NCBI GenBank assembly: GCA_040877875.1
Contig: JBBDNC010000115.1
Location: 14,103-78,102 of the forward strand
Reading direction: 5' to 3'
Length of the DNA stretch: 64,000 bases
DNA from: Balneolaceae bacterium
GTDB lineage: Bacteria > Bacteroidota > Rhodothermia > Balneolales > Balneolaceae
Part shown: positions 1 to 9,644 of the stretch, in pieces
Layout: every line of letters begins with the position of its first letter
How positions within the stretch are numbered: the first letter of the stretch is position 1
Position numbers and translations under genes: made by a program
Notes under the pieces: generated by a model
The model's input: only the letters and a program-made list of their open reading frames with translations
Told to the model about the DNA's origin: nothing
Database searches by the model: none

Positions 1-298
1 GACGGCTGTAGGGGTCGGCAAAAGGCTGGGAGGCATAAGCCGTTTCCGGTGCTTTCCCGGACTCATATTGAACGCGATAGACATACCATTTTCCAGTCAG
101 ATCCCTGTCGACCGAACCCTCCCAGATTTCCCTGAACTCCTTGCTATTTTTTAATGAATAGGCTACCCCTTCGGAATCATCGAAATGATCGTAGACGATG
201 CATTCCACGGATTTGGCAGGAGGGAAGAAGAGGCTGAAGGACGTTTTGCCGTCCGTAACCTTTACGCCAAAATGACAATCACTGTACTTTTTTTCCAT
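1..298 (-). CDS. Partial CDS (N-terminal ~99 aa, continues past window start): pullulanase / glycogen-debranching-type GH13 N-terminal (CBM48-like) region
   Basis: Absent from the ORF track because it has no stop in the window. Hand translation of the minus strand from ATG 298..296 gives MEKKYSDCHFGVKVTDGKTSFSLFFPPAKSVECIVYDHFDDSEGVAYSLKNSKEFREIWEGSVDRDLTGKWYVYRVQYESGKAPETAYASQPFADPYSR. The pattern F-x-L-F-x-P-x-A-x-x-V ... G-K-W-Y-x-Y-R-V ... DPYS resembles type I pullulanase N-termini. The ATG overlaps the metG stop (TAATG). Confidence 0.45.
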   Translation of the reverse strand, partial: MEKKYSDCHFGVKVTDGKTSFSLFFPPAKSVECIVYDHFDDSEGVAYSLKNSKEFREIWEGSVDRDLTGKWYVYRVQYESGKAPETAYASQPFADPYSR

Positions 299-2343
299 TA
301 CAGGACCGGGCTTCCATTTTCAGCCGATGCTGACAGGAAATGGAGTTGTTCCTTACTGTCTTCAGCCATCAGTATCATTCCATTACTTTCAATCCCCATC
401 ATTCGTTTCGGAGCAAGATTAGCTACCACACAAACTTTTTTCCCTTTAATTTCATCGGGTTGATAAAATTGTTTTATACCTGATAGGATGGTTCGTGTTT
501 CAACTCCGATATCAACTTTCAATTTTAACAATTTATCTGATTTTTCGATTACTTCAGCGTCGAGAATTTCGCCCACCCTCAAATCGAGAGATGCAAAATT
601 TGAAAAATCCGTTTCGCTTTTCAGCGGGGGGAGTGGATCACCCTTCTGGCTATTTTCAGTTTCAGCGGCACGTTCACGCAGGATGTTAATTTCTTTTTCC
701 ACCTGTTCATCCTCAATTTTTGTAAACAGGATTTCTCCGGGAACGATGGAGCTGCCGGCAGACATCATTTTGCTGTCGACCTGATCCCATTTAACTTTTC
801 GTTTCAATTGAAGCTGCGTACGCAGGGATTCCATTTTACCGGGAAGGATCGGATCAAAGAGAATGGAGAGAGCTGCACTTATTTGCAGGCAAACATGTAA
901 AGTATTCCCACAGGTCTGCAGATCATTTTTCCGGGTCTTCCACGGTTCCATATCCGTAAAATATTTATTCCCGGTTCGGGCCAGGTTTATGGTTTCCGCA
1001 ATAGCTTCCCTGAATCGATACCGGTCGTAAGAAGACTCGATCCTTTTTTTGGTATTTTCAATTTCTTTCAAAGCCTGTTGATCCACGTCTGAAGGATTTT
1101 TTAACTCCGGAACTTTTGAATCAAAAAAGCGCTCCGTAAATGAAAGGGTACGAAATACAAAATTCCCGAGAATATCCGCAAGTTCGCTATTTACCCGGCT
1201 TTGAAAATCCTTCCATGAGAAATCCGAATCCTTGGTTTCGGGCAAGGTAGTCCCCAATACATATCTCAGTAAATCGGGTTCAAAATCTTCAAGGTAATCT
1301 TCCAGCCAGACGGCCCAGCCCCGTGAAGTCGATAGTTTTTTCCCCTCCAGATTCAAAAATTCATTTGCCGGAACATTTTCAGGTAAAATAAACTTGCCAT
1401 GCATCATTAGCATTAACGGAAACATTATGCAGTGAAAGACAATATTGTCTTTACCTATAAAATGGATCAGGGTAGTATTTTCATCCTGCCAATAGGTTTT
1501 CCATAAATCCGGATTCCCCTGCTGTTCGGCCCATTCTTTGGTAAAGGAGATATAACCGATCGGAGCATCAAACCAGACATAGAGGACTTTATCTTCCGCT
1601 TCCTCAAGGGGAACGGAAACCCCCCATTTCAAATCACGGGTTACGGCACGATCGATCAGTCCGGCCTTGAGCCAGCTTTTACATTGTCCCAGGACATTGG
1701 GTTTCCAATGTTCTTTTCCCTCTATCCATTTCTGAATTTTCGGCTGCAATTTTTCAAGCGGAAGGTACCAATGTTCTGTTTCTCTCATAACAGGTACATT
1801 CCCCGTTAAAACACTCCGGGGCTCTATCAGCTCATTGGGGGAAAGAGAGGAGCCGCATTTTTCACATTGATCTCCGAATGCTTCCTTATACCCACAAACC
1901 GGACAGGTACCTTTCACGTATCGGTCAGGCAGAAACATATCTGCTTCCTGATCATAAAGCTGTTTTTCCTTTTTTTTAATGAAAATTCCCTGCTTATGCA
2001 GGTTAAGGAAAAAATCTTTGGAAGTCTGATGGTGAACTGGTGAACTGGTGCGCCCATAATAATCGAAGGCAATCCCCAGTTTATCGAATGCTTTTTTATT
2101 ACGCGTGTGAAATTTATCAACGATCTGCTGAGGGGAAACCCCTTCTTTTTCGGCTGCCAGGGTAATCGGAACTCCATGTTCATCTGATCCACAGATATGG
2201 ATAATATCATCCCCTTTCAATCGGTGATAGCGGGTATAAAAATCGGCCGGGAGATAGGCTCCCGCCAGATGTCCGAGGTGAATAGGGCCATTTGCATAAG
2301 GCAGGGCCGAGGTGACTAATATTCGTTTGTCTTGGCTCATCAA
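298..2343 (-). CDS. metG: Methionine--tRNA ligase
   Basis: 681 aa. HIGH-type motif PYANGPIHLGH, zinc knuckles CPVCG/CEKCG, KMSKS-equivalent GKKLSTSRG, and a C-terminal tRNA-binding domain (LDLRVGEILDAEVIEKSDKLLKLKVDIG). Confidence 0.95.
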   Translation of the reverse strand: MMSQDKRILVTSALPYANGPIHLGHLAGAYLPADFYTRYHRLKGDDIIHICGSDEHGVPITLAAEKEGVSPQQIVDKFHTRNKKAFDKLGIAFDYYGRTSSPVHHQTSKDFFLNLHKQGIFIKKKEKQLYDQEADMFLPDRYVKGTCPVCGYKEAFGDQCEKCGSSLSPNELIEPRSVLTGNVPVMRETEHWYLPLEKLQPKIQKWIEGKEHWKPNVLGQCKSWLKAGLIDRAVTRDLKWGVSVPLEEAEDKVLYVWFDAPIGYISFTKEWAEQQGNPDLWKTYWQDENTTLIHFIGKDNIVFHCIMFPLMLMMHGKFILPENVPANEFLNLEGKKLSTSRGWAVWLEDYLEDFEPDLLRYVLGTTLPETKDSDFSWKDFQSRVNSELADILGNFVFRTLSFTERFFDSKVPELKNPSDVDQQALKEIENTKKRIESSYDRYRFREAIAETINLARTGNKYFTDMEPWKTRKNDLQTCGNTLHVCLQISAALSILFDPILPGKMESLRTQLQLKRKVKWDQVDSKMMSAGSSIVPGEILFTKIEDEQVEKEINILRERAAETENSQKGDPLPPLKSETDFSNFASLDLRVGEILDAEVIEKSDKLLKLKVDIGVETRTILSGIKQFYQPDEIKGKKVCVVANLAPKRMMGIESNGMILMAEDSKEQLHFLSASAENGSPVL

Positions 2344-2402
2344 TTATTAGATTATTTTTGAGCAGCTAAGTTAAGCTACGGATTCAAAGTTACCAAAGCT
2401 GA

Positions 2403-2954
2403 TTAACCATTAAAAGGATAAGGTGTTAACTTTTCCAGAAAGGCATAAAGTGCAATTCCGGCAGCCACGGAAACGTTCAGGGAATGTTTCATTCCGAACT
2501 GCGGAATTTCTACAAAACGGTCAATGGATGGAAGTAGTTCTTCATCCAACCCTGTAACTTCATTTCCCAGAATCAGACAGTATTTTTGTTTTGAATGAAT
2601 CTCCAATTCCGGAAGTAATACACTGTGATGAGTCTGTTCCAACCCGAACAGGGTATATCCGGCACGTTTAAGCTTTTTTGACTCGTCCGGGGGAGAATGG
2701 ACGAAACGCCATTTCACATATTCTTCTGCCCCGAGTGCTGTTTTACTGATTTCAGCCCTGGGCGGGACAGGGGTAAAACCGGATATTAAAAATTCCGAGA
2801 TACCGAAGGAATCTGCCGAACGAAACAATGCCCCGACATTATGAAGGCTTCGGATATTGTGAGCCCAGAGAATAAATTCTGATTTTAATGGCGAGATTCT
2901 TTGTTGATTCATACGGAGAATCTCTTTTGTTGTTTTTTTAATCGAACCGGTCAT
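2403..2954 (-). CDS. SpoU/TrmH-family RNA 2'-O-methyltransferase
   Basis: 183 aa with SpoU motifs NVGALFRSADSFG, LILGNEVTGL and IPQFGMKHSLNVSVAAGIALY. The true start may be the internal Met at 2912. Confidence 0.8.
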   Translation of the reverse strand: MTGSIKKTTKEILRMNQQRISPLKSEFILWAHNIRSLHNVGALFRSADSFGISEFLISGFTPVPPRAEISKTALGAEEYVKWRFVHSPPDESKKLKRAGYTLFGLEQTHHSVLLPELEIHSKQKYCLILGNEVTGLDEELLPSIDRFVEIPQFGMKHSLNVSVAAGIALYAFLEKLTPYPFNG

Positions 2955-3040
2955 ACTGTGACATTAAATTTGATATTGGGAAACAGCAGGGAACATCCTA
3001 TTTTTGATTATATAAATGATAATGTAAAAATTGAATTCAA

Positions 3041-3066
3041 GGCAGTAGAAGGATACTGCCTTTTTT
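3041..3066 (+). terminator. Intrinsic-terminator-like hairpin plus T6 in the greA leader (possible attenuator or short leader RNA)
   Basis: GGCAGTA-gaagga-TACTGCC is a perfect 7-bp stem followed by TTTTTT. It lies 48 nt upstream of the greA ATG in a divergent intergenic region with no upstream plus-strand gene to terminate. Confidence 0.5.
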
Positions 3067-3113
3067 ATTCATGAATTCTGAACGAATTTCAACCAAACCA
3101 AAGAAGTACAGTC

Positions 3114-3584
3114 ATGAAGAAGAATTATCTCTCCAAAGAAGGATACGAAAAACTGGAGGCGGAACTTAAAGATTTAAAAACAAGAGGGCGAAAGGAGATC
3201 GCAAATGAAATTGCTGAAGCCCGTGCCAAGGGAGACCTGAGTGAAAATGCAGAGTATGATGCTGCCAAGGAAGCTCAGGGATATCTTGAGAAACGAATCG
3301 CTGAACTTGAAAATTCACTTGCACACGCAAGCATTATTGATGATAAAGATATTGATGCTTCGAAAGCGTATCTTTTATCAACCGTGACCATCTACAATTA
3401 TAAGGTTGAAAAAGAGGTCTCTTACACCCTCGTTAATAAAGAAGAGGCTGATTTTAAAAAAGGAAAAATCTCCATTGATTCCCCCATCGGAAAAGCATTA
3501 CTTGGCAAAGAAGTAGGGGATATGATCACGGTGGAGGTCCCGGCAGGTGAAATGAAACTTGAAATTAAAAAAATTGATCGTTAA
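3114..3584 (+). CDS. greA: Transcription elongation factor GreA
   Basis: 156 aa. N-terminal coiled coil, SENAEYDAAKE motif, and a C-terminal domain ISIDSPIGKALLGKEVGD. Confidence 0.92.
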   Translation: MKKNYLSKEGYEKLEAELKDLKTRGRKEIANEIAEARAKGDLSENAEYDAAKEAQGYLEKRIAELENSLAHASIIDDKDIDASKAYLLSTVTIYNYKVEKEVSYTLVNKEEADFKKGKISIDSPIGKALLGKEVGDMITVEVPAGEMKLEIKKIDR

Positions 3585-4919
3585 ATGAACATTGCAATCG
3601 TTGGGACCGGATATGTGGGCTTGGTGGGCGGTACCTGTTTTGCAGATAGCGGGAATGATGTGATCTGTGTTGATATCGATGAATCGAAGATCAAGAAACT
3701 TAAAAAAGGAAAAATTCCGATTTATGAACCGGGGCTGAGTCGTGTATTTGACCGGGCGATTCGGGAACAAAGATTGCATTTTACTACGAATCTGGAAGAG
3801 GCGGTCCGGCATGCTGAAATAATATTTCTGGCCCTTCCTACTCCCCCCGGTGCAAACGGAGAGGCCGACCTGACAGCTGTCCTTTCAGTTGCCGGTGAAC
3901 TCGGTACGCTCATTGAAAAGTTTGGTGAATATAAGATCGTTGTAAACAAAAGTACGGTACCGGTTGGAACAGCGGAAAAAGTCAGAAAGAAAATCGCCTT
4001 TTCAACCGATGTGGAATTTGACGTCGTTTCTAACCCGGAATTTTTACGGGAAGGGGCTGCTGTTGAAGACTTTATGAAACCCGAACGGGTCGTCATCGGA
4101 ACATCAAGCCCGAAAGCAGCGGAAGAGATGCAGGCGCTCTACGAACCTTTTGTCCGCAGCGGAAATCCGATTATCATCATGGATGAAAAAAGCTCTGAGC
4201 TGACGAAATATGCAGCGAATGCGATGTTGGCGACTAAAATCACATTTATGAATGAAATTGCCAATATTTGCGAGAGGGTGGGGGCCAACGTTGATAATGT
4301 CCGTAAAGGAATTGGTACTGACAGCAGGATTGGTAAACGTTTTCTTTTCGCCGGTATCGGGTACGGGGGTAGTTGCTTTCCCAAAGATGTTCAGGCTATT
4401 CATCATACTGCCGGGGTAAACGGTTACTCTTTTCGGATACTTGAGTCGGTCATGCAGGTCAATGAATTGCAAAAACTCTCGATTGTCGATAAGGTGAAAA
4501 AACACTTCGGTTCTGATTTGAAGGGCAAAACTTTCGGGATCTGGGGATTGAGTTTCAAACCTGAAACGGATGATGTCCGGGAAGCCCCGTCCCTCTACAT
4601 CACTGCCGCACTTGCCAGACTCGGAGCGCGCATGAAAGCTTATGATCCCGAGGCCATTGATACCTTCAGAGAGGCGACAGATGAGAATATCCTGGAGCAT
4701 ATAGAGTTTGTCAAAGATCAGGACAGTGCTATTGAAGGGGTAGATGCACTGATCATCTGTACGGAATGGAATGAATTCCGGAGACCAAATATTGAGAAAT
4801 TCAGTTTAAAAATGAATGAACCCTTGATCTTTGACGGCCGGAATCTCTATGATCTCAACCGGGTAAAAGAAGCTAACTTGAAATATATCAGTGTTGGAAG
4901 GCCATCCGTCAATGTCTGA
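3585..4919 (+). CDS. ugd: UDP-glucose 6-dehydrogenase
   Basis: 444 aa. Rossmann motif VGTGYVGL and catalytic-Cys motif GGSCFPKD. The ATG directly follows the greA TAA. Confidence 0.9.
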   Translation: MNIAIVGTGYVGLVGGTCFADSGNDVICVDIDESKIKKLKKGKIPIYEPGLSRVFDRAIREQRLHFTTNLEEAVRHAEIIFLALPTPPGANGEADLTAVLSVAGELGTLIEKFGEYKIVVNKSTVPVGTAEKVRKKIAFSTDVEFDVVSNPEFLREGAAVEDFMKPERVVIGTSSPKAAEEMQALYEPFVRSGNPIIIMDEKSSELTKYAANAMLATKITFMNEIANICERVGANVDNVRKGIGTDSRIGKRFLFAGIGYGGSCFPKDVQAIHHTAGVNGYSFRILESVMQVNELQKLSIVDKVKKHFGSDLKGKTFGIWGLSFKPETDDVREAPSLYITAALARLGARMKAYDPEAIDTFREATDENILEHIEFVKDQDSAIEGVDALIICTEWNEFRRPNIEKFSLKMNEPLIFDGRNLYDLNRVKEANLKYISVGRPSVNV

Positions 4920-5853
4920 AAAACGTGTACTTATCACCGGGGGTGCCGGGTTTTTGGGGTCCCATCTATGTGATCGATATCTCCGGGAAGGTTATGAGGT
5001 GATCTGTATGGATAATCTCCTTACGGGGAGTGAAACCAATATCGGTCACTTGATCGGGAACGATCAATTTCACTTTGTCAAACATGACGTTACCAATTAT
5101 GTGCATGTCAACGGGGATCTGGACCTGATTCTGCATTTTGCATCTCCTGCCTCCCCGGTGGATTATCTGGAAATGCCGATTCAAACGCTCAAGGTGGGTT
5201 CACTGGGGACCCATAAAGCCCTCGGCCTGGCAAAAGCCAAAGGTGCACGTTTTCTGTTAGCCTCTACCAGTGAGGTTTATGGAGACCCGTTGGTCCATCC
5301 TCAGCCGGAATCTTATTGGGGAAATGTCGACCCTATCGGATCCCGGGGGGTCTATGACGAAGCAAAACGATTTGCAGAAGCGATGACCATGGCTTACCAT
5401 CGCTTTCACGGGATTGATACCCGGATTGTACGTATTTTCAATACCTATGGATCGAGAATGCGAATCGAGGACGGCCGGGCGCTGCCGACGTTTATGTCGC
5501 AGGCTCTCACCGGTAAGGATCTCACTGTGTTTGGTGACGGTTCGCAAACACGTTCCTTTACCTATGTGGATGATCTGATTGAAGGCATTTTCAGGCTTTC
5601 TGAAAGTGACTATTCCGACCCGGTCAATATCGGCAACCCTCAGGAGATTACTATTCTTGATTTTGCAAAAGAGATCCTTGAAATCACCGGCAGCAGCAGC
5701 AAAATTGTTTTCAAGCCCTTGCCGGAGGATGATCCAAAAGTGAGGAAACCCGATATTACCAGGGCTAAACGAATACTGGGGTGGGAACCGTTCGTGGACC
5801 GGCGTGAAGGCTTGAAGAAAACTCTCGAATATTTTCAATCTCAAATTGCCTGA
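4912..5853 (+). CDS. UDP-glucuronate decarboxylase (SDR family, UXS-like)
   Basis: [10 protein letters not shown] Rossmann motif, YDEAKR (YxxxK), and overall UXS-like sequence. The ATG at 4912 overlaps the ugd stop (ATGTCTGA). The track ORF starts at an upstream GTG (4891). Confidence 0.85.
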   Translation: MSEKRVLITGGAGFLGSHLCDRYLREGYEVICMDNLLTGSETNIGHLIGNDQFHFVKHDVTNYVHVNGDLDLILHFASPASPVDYLEMPIQTLKVGSLGTHKALGLAKAKGARFLLASTSEVYGDPLVHPQPESYWGNVDPIGSRGVYDEAKRFAEAMTMAYHRFHGIDTRIVRIFNTYGSRMRIEDGRALPTFMSQALTGKDLTVFGDGSQTRSFTYVDDLIEGIFRLSESDYSDPVNIGNPQEITILDFAKEILEITGSSSKIVFKPLPEDDPKVRKPDITRAKRILGWEPFVDRREGLKKTLEYFQSQIA

Positions 5854-5875
5854 AGGCATAACAATTGTAACGGAT

Positions 5876-6343
5876 ATGGCTTCCAAGGTTTATTTAATAG
5901 ATCTTTATGCCTATACCTTTAAAAAGGGAATCCCCCGATTCCTGGTCCTGAAACGTTCGGTTGAAAAAATCTATGCCGGTCAGTGGAGAATGATCGGAGG
6001 CAAGGTCAGGGAGAATGAAAAAAGATGGGAAGCTGCAATCAGAGAGCTCTATGAAGAAACCGGCTTACAACCGGTTAAATTCTGGTGCGTGCCAACCCTG
6101 AATCATTTTTATGAGCCTTCGGAAGATGAGATTCACCTGATTCCCGCCTTTGCAGCAGAAATAGAACCGGAGAGCCGGGTCTGTCTTGATGATGAACACG
6201 TTGCATTCGAATGGATCACAAGGGATCAGGCGGATCAATACATTTTTTGGCCGGAACAAAAAAGGATTATAGACTTGATTGCCCGGTTGGTTCTTAGAGG
6301 CCAAATCCTGGACGATTGGATTATATCTTCAGATCAGAACTGA
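5876..6343 (+). CDS. NUDIX hydrolase
   Basis: Nudix box GGKVRENEKRWEAAIRELYEETGL. I prefer the ATG at 5876 to the non-ATG start at 5846 in the track. Confidence 0.8.
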   Translation: MASKVYLIDLYAYTFKKGIPRFLVLKRSVEKIYAGQWRMIGGKVRENEKRWEAAIRELYEETGLQPVKFWCVPTLNHFYEPSEDEIHLIPAFAAEIEPESRVCLDDEHVAFEWITRDQADQYIFWPEQKRIIDLIARLVLRGQILDDWIISSDQN

Positions 6344-6383
6344 TATCCCATATCCCGTGATTTCCGGTACATTCTTGGTTTTT

Positions 6384-6405
6384 CCGGCCGGGAATAGGCC
6401 GGTTT
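6384..6405 (+). terminator. Possible terminator hairpin after the NUDIX gene
   Basis: CCGGCC-gggaata-GGCCGG followed by only TTT. The T-tract is weak. Confidence 0.3.
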
Positions 6406-6558
6406 AACAATATCCATTCCTCTCTATTTTTCCTGCCTTGATTTTCGGACAACATTTGTGGATCGAATGCATTGAAAAGGACAGATAAGGGTATATAAAA
6501 AAAATAATGTTTAATTTTACATTTTGGTTGCTTTGAGAGCTGTAATTTCGTTTTGGTC

Positions 6559-8334
6559 ATGAAAAAAATCCTATTCGTAATATTTTTGCTGGGTCTGTCG
6601 GTAAATTGTACCTCAAGTAAGTGGTCGGTTGTCGATTTAGATGCAATTGATGAACGGGACCTGCCTGTAAAAAAAGACTCTACCTTCATATTGGTTCTCG
6701 CTCATGAGCCTACGCCCGAAAATCCGGTATTTAGTTTGAAGGTTCAGGAAATAGAGGAGCTTGAGTTTACTCAACGGGTAAAAGTAGAAAGAACTGTACA
6801 GCAATACCGGCCGAAATGGGGCTTTACCTTATTGGGTCTTACCGGAGCCGGAATAACCTTCTATGCCGGCAATACGAATTCATTCATCGAGTCACGTTCA
6901 ACAACTCAGTCCATTGCCTTAAATCTCACCGGAGCTATTTTAACAACCCTGGCAATTACAAATTTGAAACCGGTCGGGGATCCGATTCAAACCGGTGAAA
7001 TGAAGTTCCTGAGAAAAAACGGAGTGGTGATGAAAACCGATACGACAGATGTCAAAACCCCTTCTGAATTTACCGCCGAAGTGAATATTTTGTATAAAGA
7101 CCAGGAATTGCTTTCCAGTGATTCTTATGCAACCGAATCCGGTGAGATCAATATCCATTCAGTTAACCTGCTTCAGGATTTCGCTATCCGCGGACCGGAT
7201 CCCGGTTCAATTACTGTTGATATCGTATTTGAGCAGGAAAATTATAATTATGAAATACCGGTCTCATCCTTTCTGCAGCCGTTATTGCACATTACAGCTC
7301 CCGTGGCTGAATTGAGAAGTGGCCCGACTACCGAGAACCGTTCTCTGCTTACCGAGGTCGGACAGGGCAGTGAACTGACTTTTTTGGACATCCATGACGA
7401 GCAATGGTTTGAAGTACAGGTGGGGGGGACGAATTCATATATAACCCGGGATGAGGGGGAGATACGCTGGCATGCAGTGGATAATGGTACAGGCCCTTCC
7501 GTCATATCTGTCGAGGATGTATCATTTGGCGAAATGGGTGTTGAAAATTCAGTGCCGGTTCTTCGTCAGGCCGGACCGTCCGACAGAGGTTTCATCATCT
7601 CGAATCATCTGAATAATAAAATTGGCATCCGCCGGTATCTTCAAAGAGATTATCAGTTGGTTGGCCTTTACTTCAGAAATGCTTTGGGAATGAATCGTGA
7701 TCAGGTCCATCAATTGAATATCACAAAAGAGGATACACAGTGGAGCGAAATCATTGACTCCTCGGGTCTGGATAGTCTCTCTACAGTGTTTGTTTATATC
7801 GGTGGATTTGCAACTGTTGACAGTTCCAGCAGCGGTGAAACTGTAAAATTAATCCGGATGAATGAAGAGGATGAAATCCAGACGGTTCCGCTGGAGGATA
7901 TATTGATGAAAATTGCCGGCATACCCCTGCATAAACTCATTGTTTTCACAGATTTGGAATTTCGGCAAATCAACGGCCGGGAGGTTGTAACCGGTTCTGT
8001 AAACTCCCCTGTCAATGTCACTTGGGGGCAGCTTGCAAATCGTATCACCCGGGTTCAACCCAATAGTGCCCTGGTGTTCAGCTCCGGAATAAATCAGCCG
8101 ACCGGTATCTATTCAAGCAACCGCTTTGAAAATATGTATCATTACATATTCCCATACTATCTGGCACAAGGGCTTCAACACAGAAGAACCAGAATCTTTG
8201 ACCTCGTACGATATATGGAGAACCAGGTGGATTATACAAGCCGCCGGTTATTTGACAGGCCTCAGGAAGTTCACGCGTTTGGCAATCTGACGATCGACGT
8301 TGCTGACGATGCTCCTATTCAGGAATCTCATTAA
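6559..8334 (+). CDS. Lipoprotein with a bacterial SH3 domain and an uncharacterised C-terminal alpha/beta domain
   Basis: Signal peptide plus lipobox (LLGLSVNC). Two further hydrophobic helices (WGFTLLGLTGAGITFYAG, IALNLTGAILTTLAITNL). SH3b-like stretch ITAPVAELRSGPTTENRSLLTEVGQGSELTFLDIHDEQWFEVQVGGTNSYITRDE. No family recognised for the remainder. Confidence 0.6.
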   Translation: MKKILFVIFLLGLSVNCTSSKWSVVDLDAIDERDLPVKKDSTFILVLAHEPTPENPVFSLKVQEIEELEFTQRVKVERTVQQYRPKWGFTLLGLTGAGITFYAGNTNSFIESRSTTQSIALNLTGAILTTLAITNLKPVGDPIQTGEMKFLRKNGVVMKTDTTDVKTPSEFTAEVNILYKDQELLSSDSYATESGEINIHSVNLLQDFAIRGPDPGSITVDIVFEQENYNYEIPVSSFLQPLLHITAPVAELRSGPTTENRSLLTEVGQGSELTFLDIHDEQWFEVQVGGTNSYITRDEGEIRWHAVDNGTGPSVISVEDVSFGEMGVENSVPVLRQAGPSDRGFIISNHLNNKIGIRRYLQRDYQLVGLYFRNALGMNRDQVHQLNITKEDTQWSEIIDSSGLDSLSTVFVYIGGFATVDSSSSGETVKLIRMNEEDEIQTVPLEDILMKIAGIPLHKLIVFTDLEFRQINGREVVTGSVNSPVNVTWGQLANRITRVQPNSALVFSSGINQPTGIYSSNRFENMYHYIFPYYLAQGLQHRRTRIFDLVRYMENQVDYTSRRLFDRPQEVHAFGNLTIDVADDAPIQESH

Positions 8335-8359
8335 AAAAAAATAGATAAATGGGGGAGAG

Positions 8360-9226
8360 ATGACTTCCTGGTTTTATATCCTACTCAGTTCGGGATGTTC
8401 CGTACTTGTGGCGCATATGTTAAAGCTCACAGAGTTCAGAAAGTTAAACACACTTCGAGTTTTAACGGTGAATTATTTTGTAGCTGCCGGCATAGCTTTC
8501 CTGACTACCACCCGCTTTGTGAATCCTTTTACTGAAGAACTATTAATTCCCTTACCCGTTCTCCTGCTCGCCCTGCTGGTTGGAATCTTCTTTATTACAA
8601 ATTACTTTATCTATAGTAAATCGGTCGATCACAACGGCGTTGGAATCAGTGTGGCGGCGATGAGGATCTCCCTTCTTATTCCGGTTCTGTTATCCACACT
8701 ATGGTATCGGGAATACCTTGCGACCGGTAAGTGGGCAGGAGTGGTCCTCGTTTTCATGACCCTCTATCTTTTACTTCCTAACAGGTCGAAGGGGCTATTG
8801 AAATCATTCCAGGCCGGATGGTTATTGCTTTTTATATTTCTATTGACAGGATTCGGAGATGCCTCCCTTAAAATTTATGAAGCGGATTATTCCGGTTTTT
8901 TATCGAAACAGCAATTTATGGGAATGGTTTATACCGTTTCATTTATTTCCGGTATCTCAGTCGTTTTAATCAGGGAAAAAGGGACTTTCACTCGTCAGGA
9001 ACTTCTTATGGGTACCGGGATCGGAGTTCCGAATTTATATTCAGCCGTTTTTTTAATCGATGCTCTTTCCGGTATCAGCGGAGGAATTGTTTATACAACT
9101 ACGAACATTCTTACGGTGCTCGGAGCAACTTTGTTGGGAATCTGGCGATGGAATGATCGTCTGACTCGAACTCAATGGGCAGGGATTCTACTCACTCTCA
9201 TAGCTATCCTGCTTATGATTGGATAA
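8360..9226 (+). CDS. Polytopic membrane protein (about 10 TM, DMT/EamA-like size and topology)
   Basis: 288 aa, hydrophobic throughout. It starts 26 nt after the lipoprotein gene and is preceded by GGGGGAGAG. The family assignment is tentative. Confidence 0.5.
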   Translation: MTSWFYILLSSGCSVLVAHMLKLTEFRKLNTLRVLTVNYFVAAGIAFLTTTRFVNPFTEELLIPLPVLLLALLVGIFFITNYFIYSKSVDHNGVGISVAAMRISLLIPVLLSTLWYREYLATGKWAGVVLVFMTLYLLLPNRSKGLLKSFQAGWLLLFIFLLTGFGDASLKIYEADYSGFLSKQQFMGMVYTVSFISGISVVLIREKGTFTRQELLMGTGIGVPNLYSAVFLIDALSGISGGIVYTTTNILTVLGATLLGIWRWNDRLTRTQWAGILLTLIAILLMIG

Positions 9227-9644
9227 AGAGCAGAACGAAAAAGCCTGATGGGAATGCTTTCATTTTGACAGTGAGACTGAAATTGGTTTTGTCGAAATAC
9301 AGCACAATCCATCTTTACCCGTCAGGAGATACTCCCGAAGGTCAATTGCCTCCAAGACGTTTTTCAGAGGCTGATCATCCGGGCCGTTACTCTTCTCCCG
9401 GTTAGTAAGTTTTACTTCTGGAATAAGGGCCACCTATCTCACATATAGCCACTTTCTATTGGCATTTGAAGCGACTCGAAACGATCTTGAACTCGACAGA
9501 AAAGTGTTTAAAGAAGACAGAGTTTTCCTTATATTGATTTATTCCAAATAAGGACTGTATACGTTCGTTATCATGTTGGGCTACTGAATGTCAGGCGGTT
9601 CCCTGCAGAAAACCGACTTTAATCTCAAAATATCCAAAGAATAT

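Noticed and set aside
185-463. 92-aa plus-strand ORF at the metG 3' end
   Set aside because: It overlaps both metG and the partial GH13-like gene on the opposite strand. There is no support for it.
4104-4700. 198-aa minus-strand ORF. Similar antisense ORFs lie at 5257..5886, 13671..14249 and 22248..22724.
   Set aside because: Each is fully embedded antisense in a confidently identified gene (ugd, uxs, sufS, and nuoI with the next gene) and lacks motifs.
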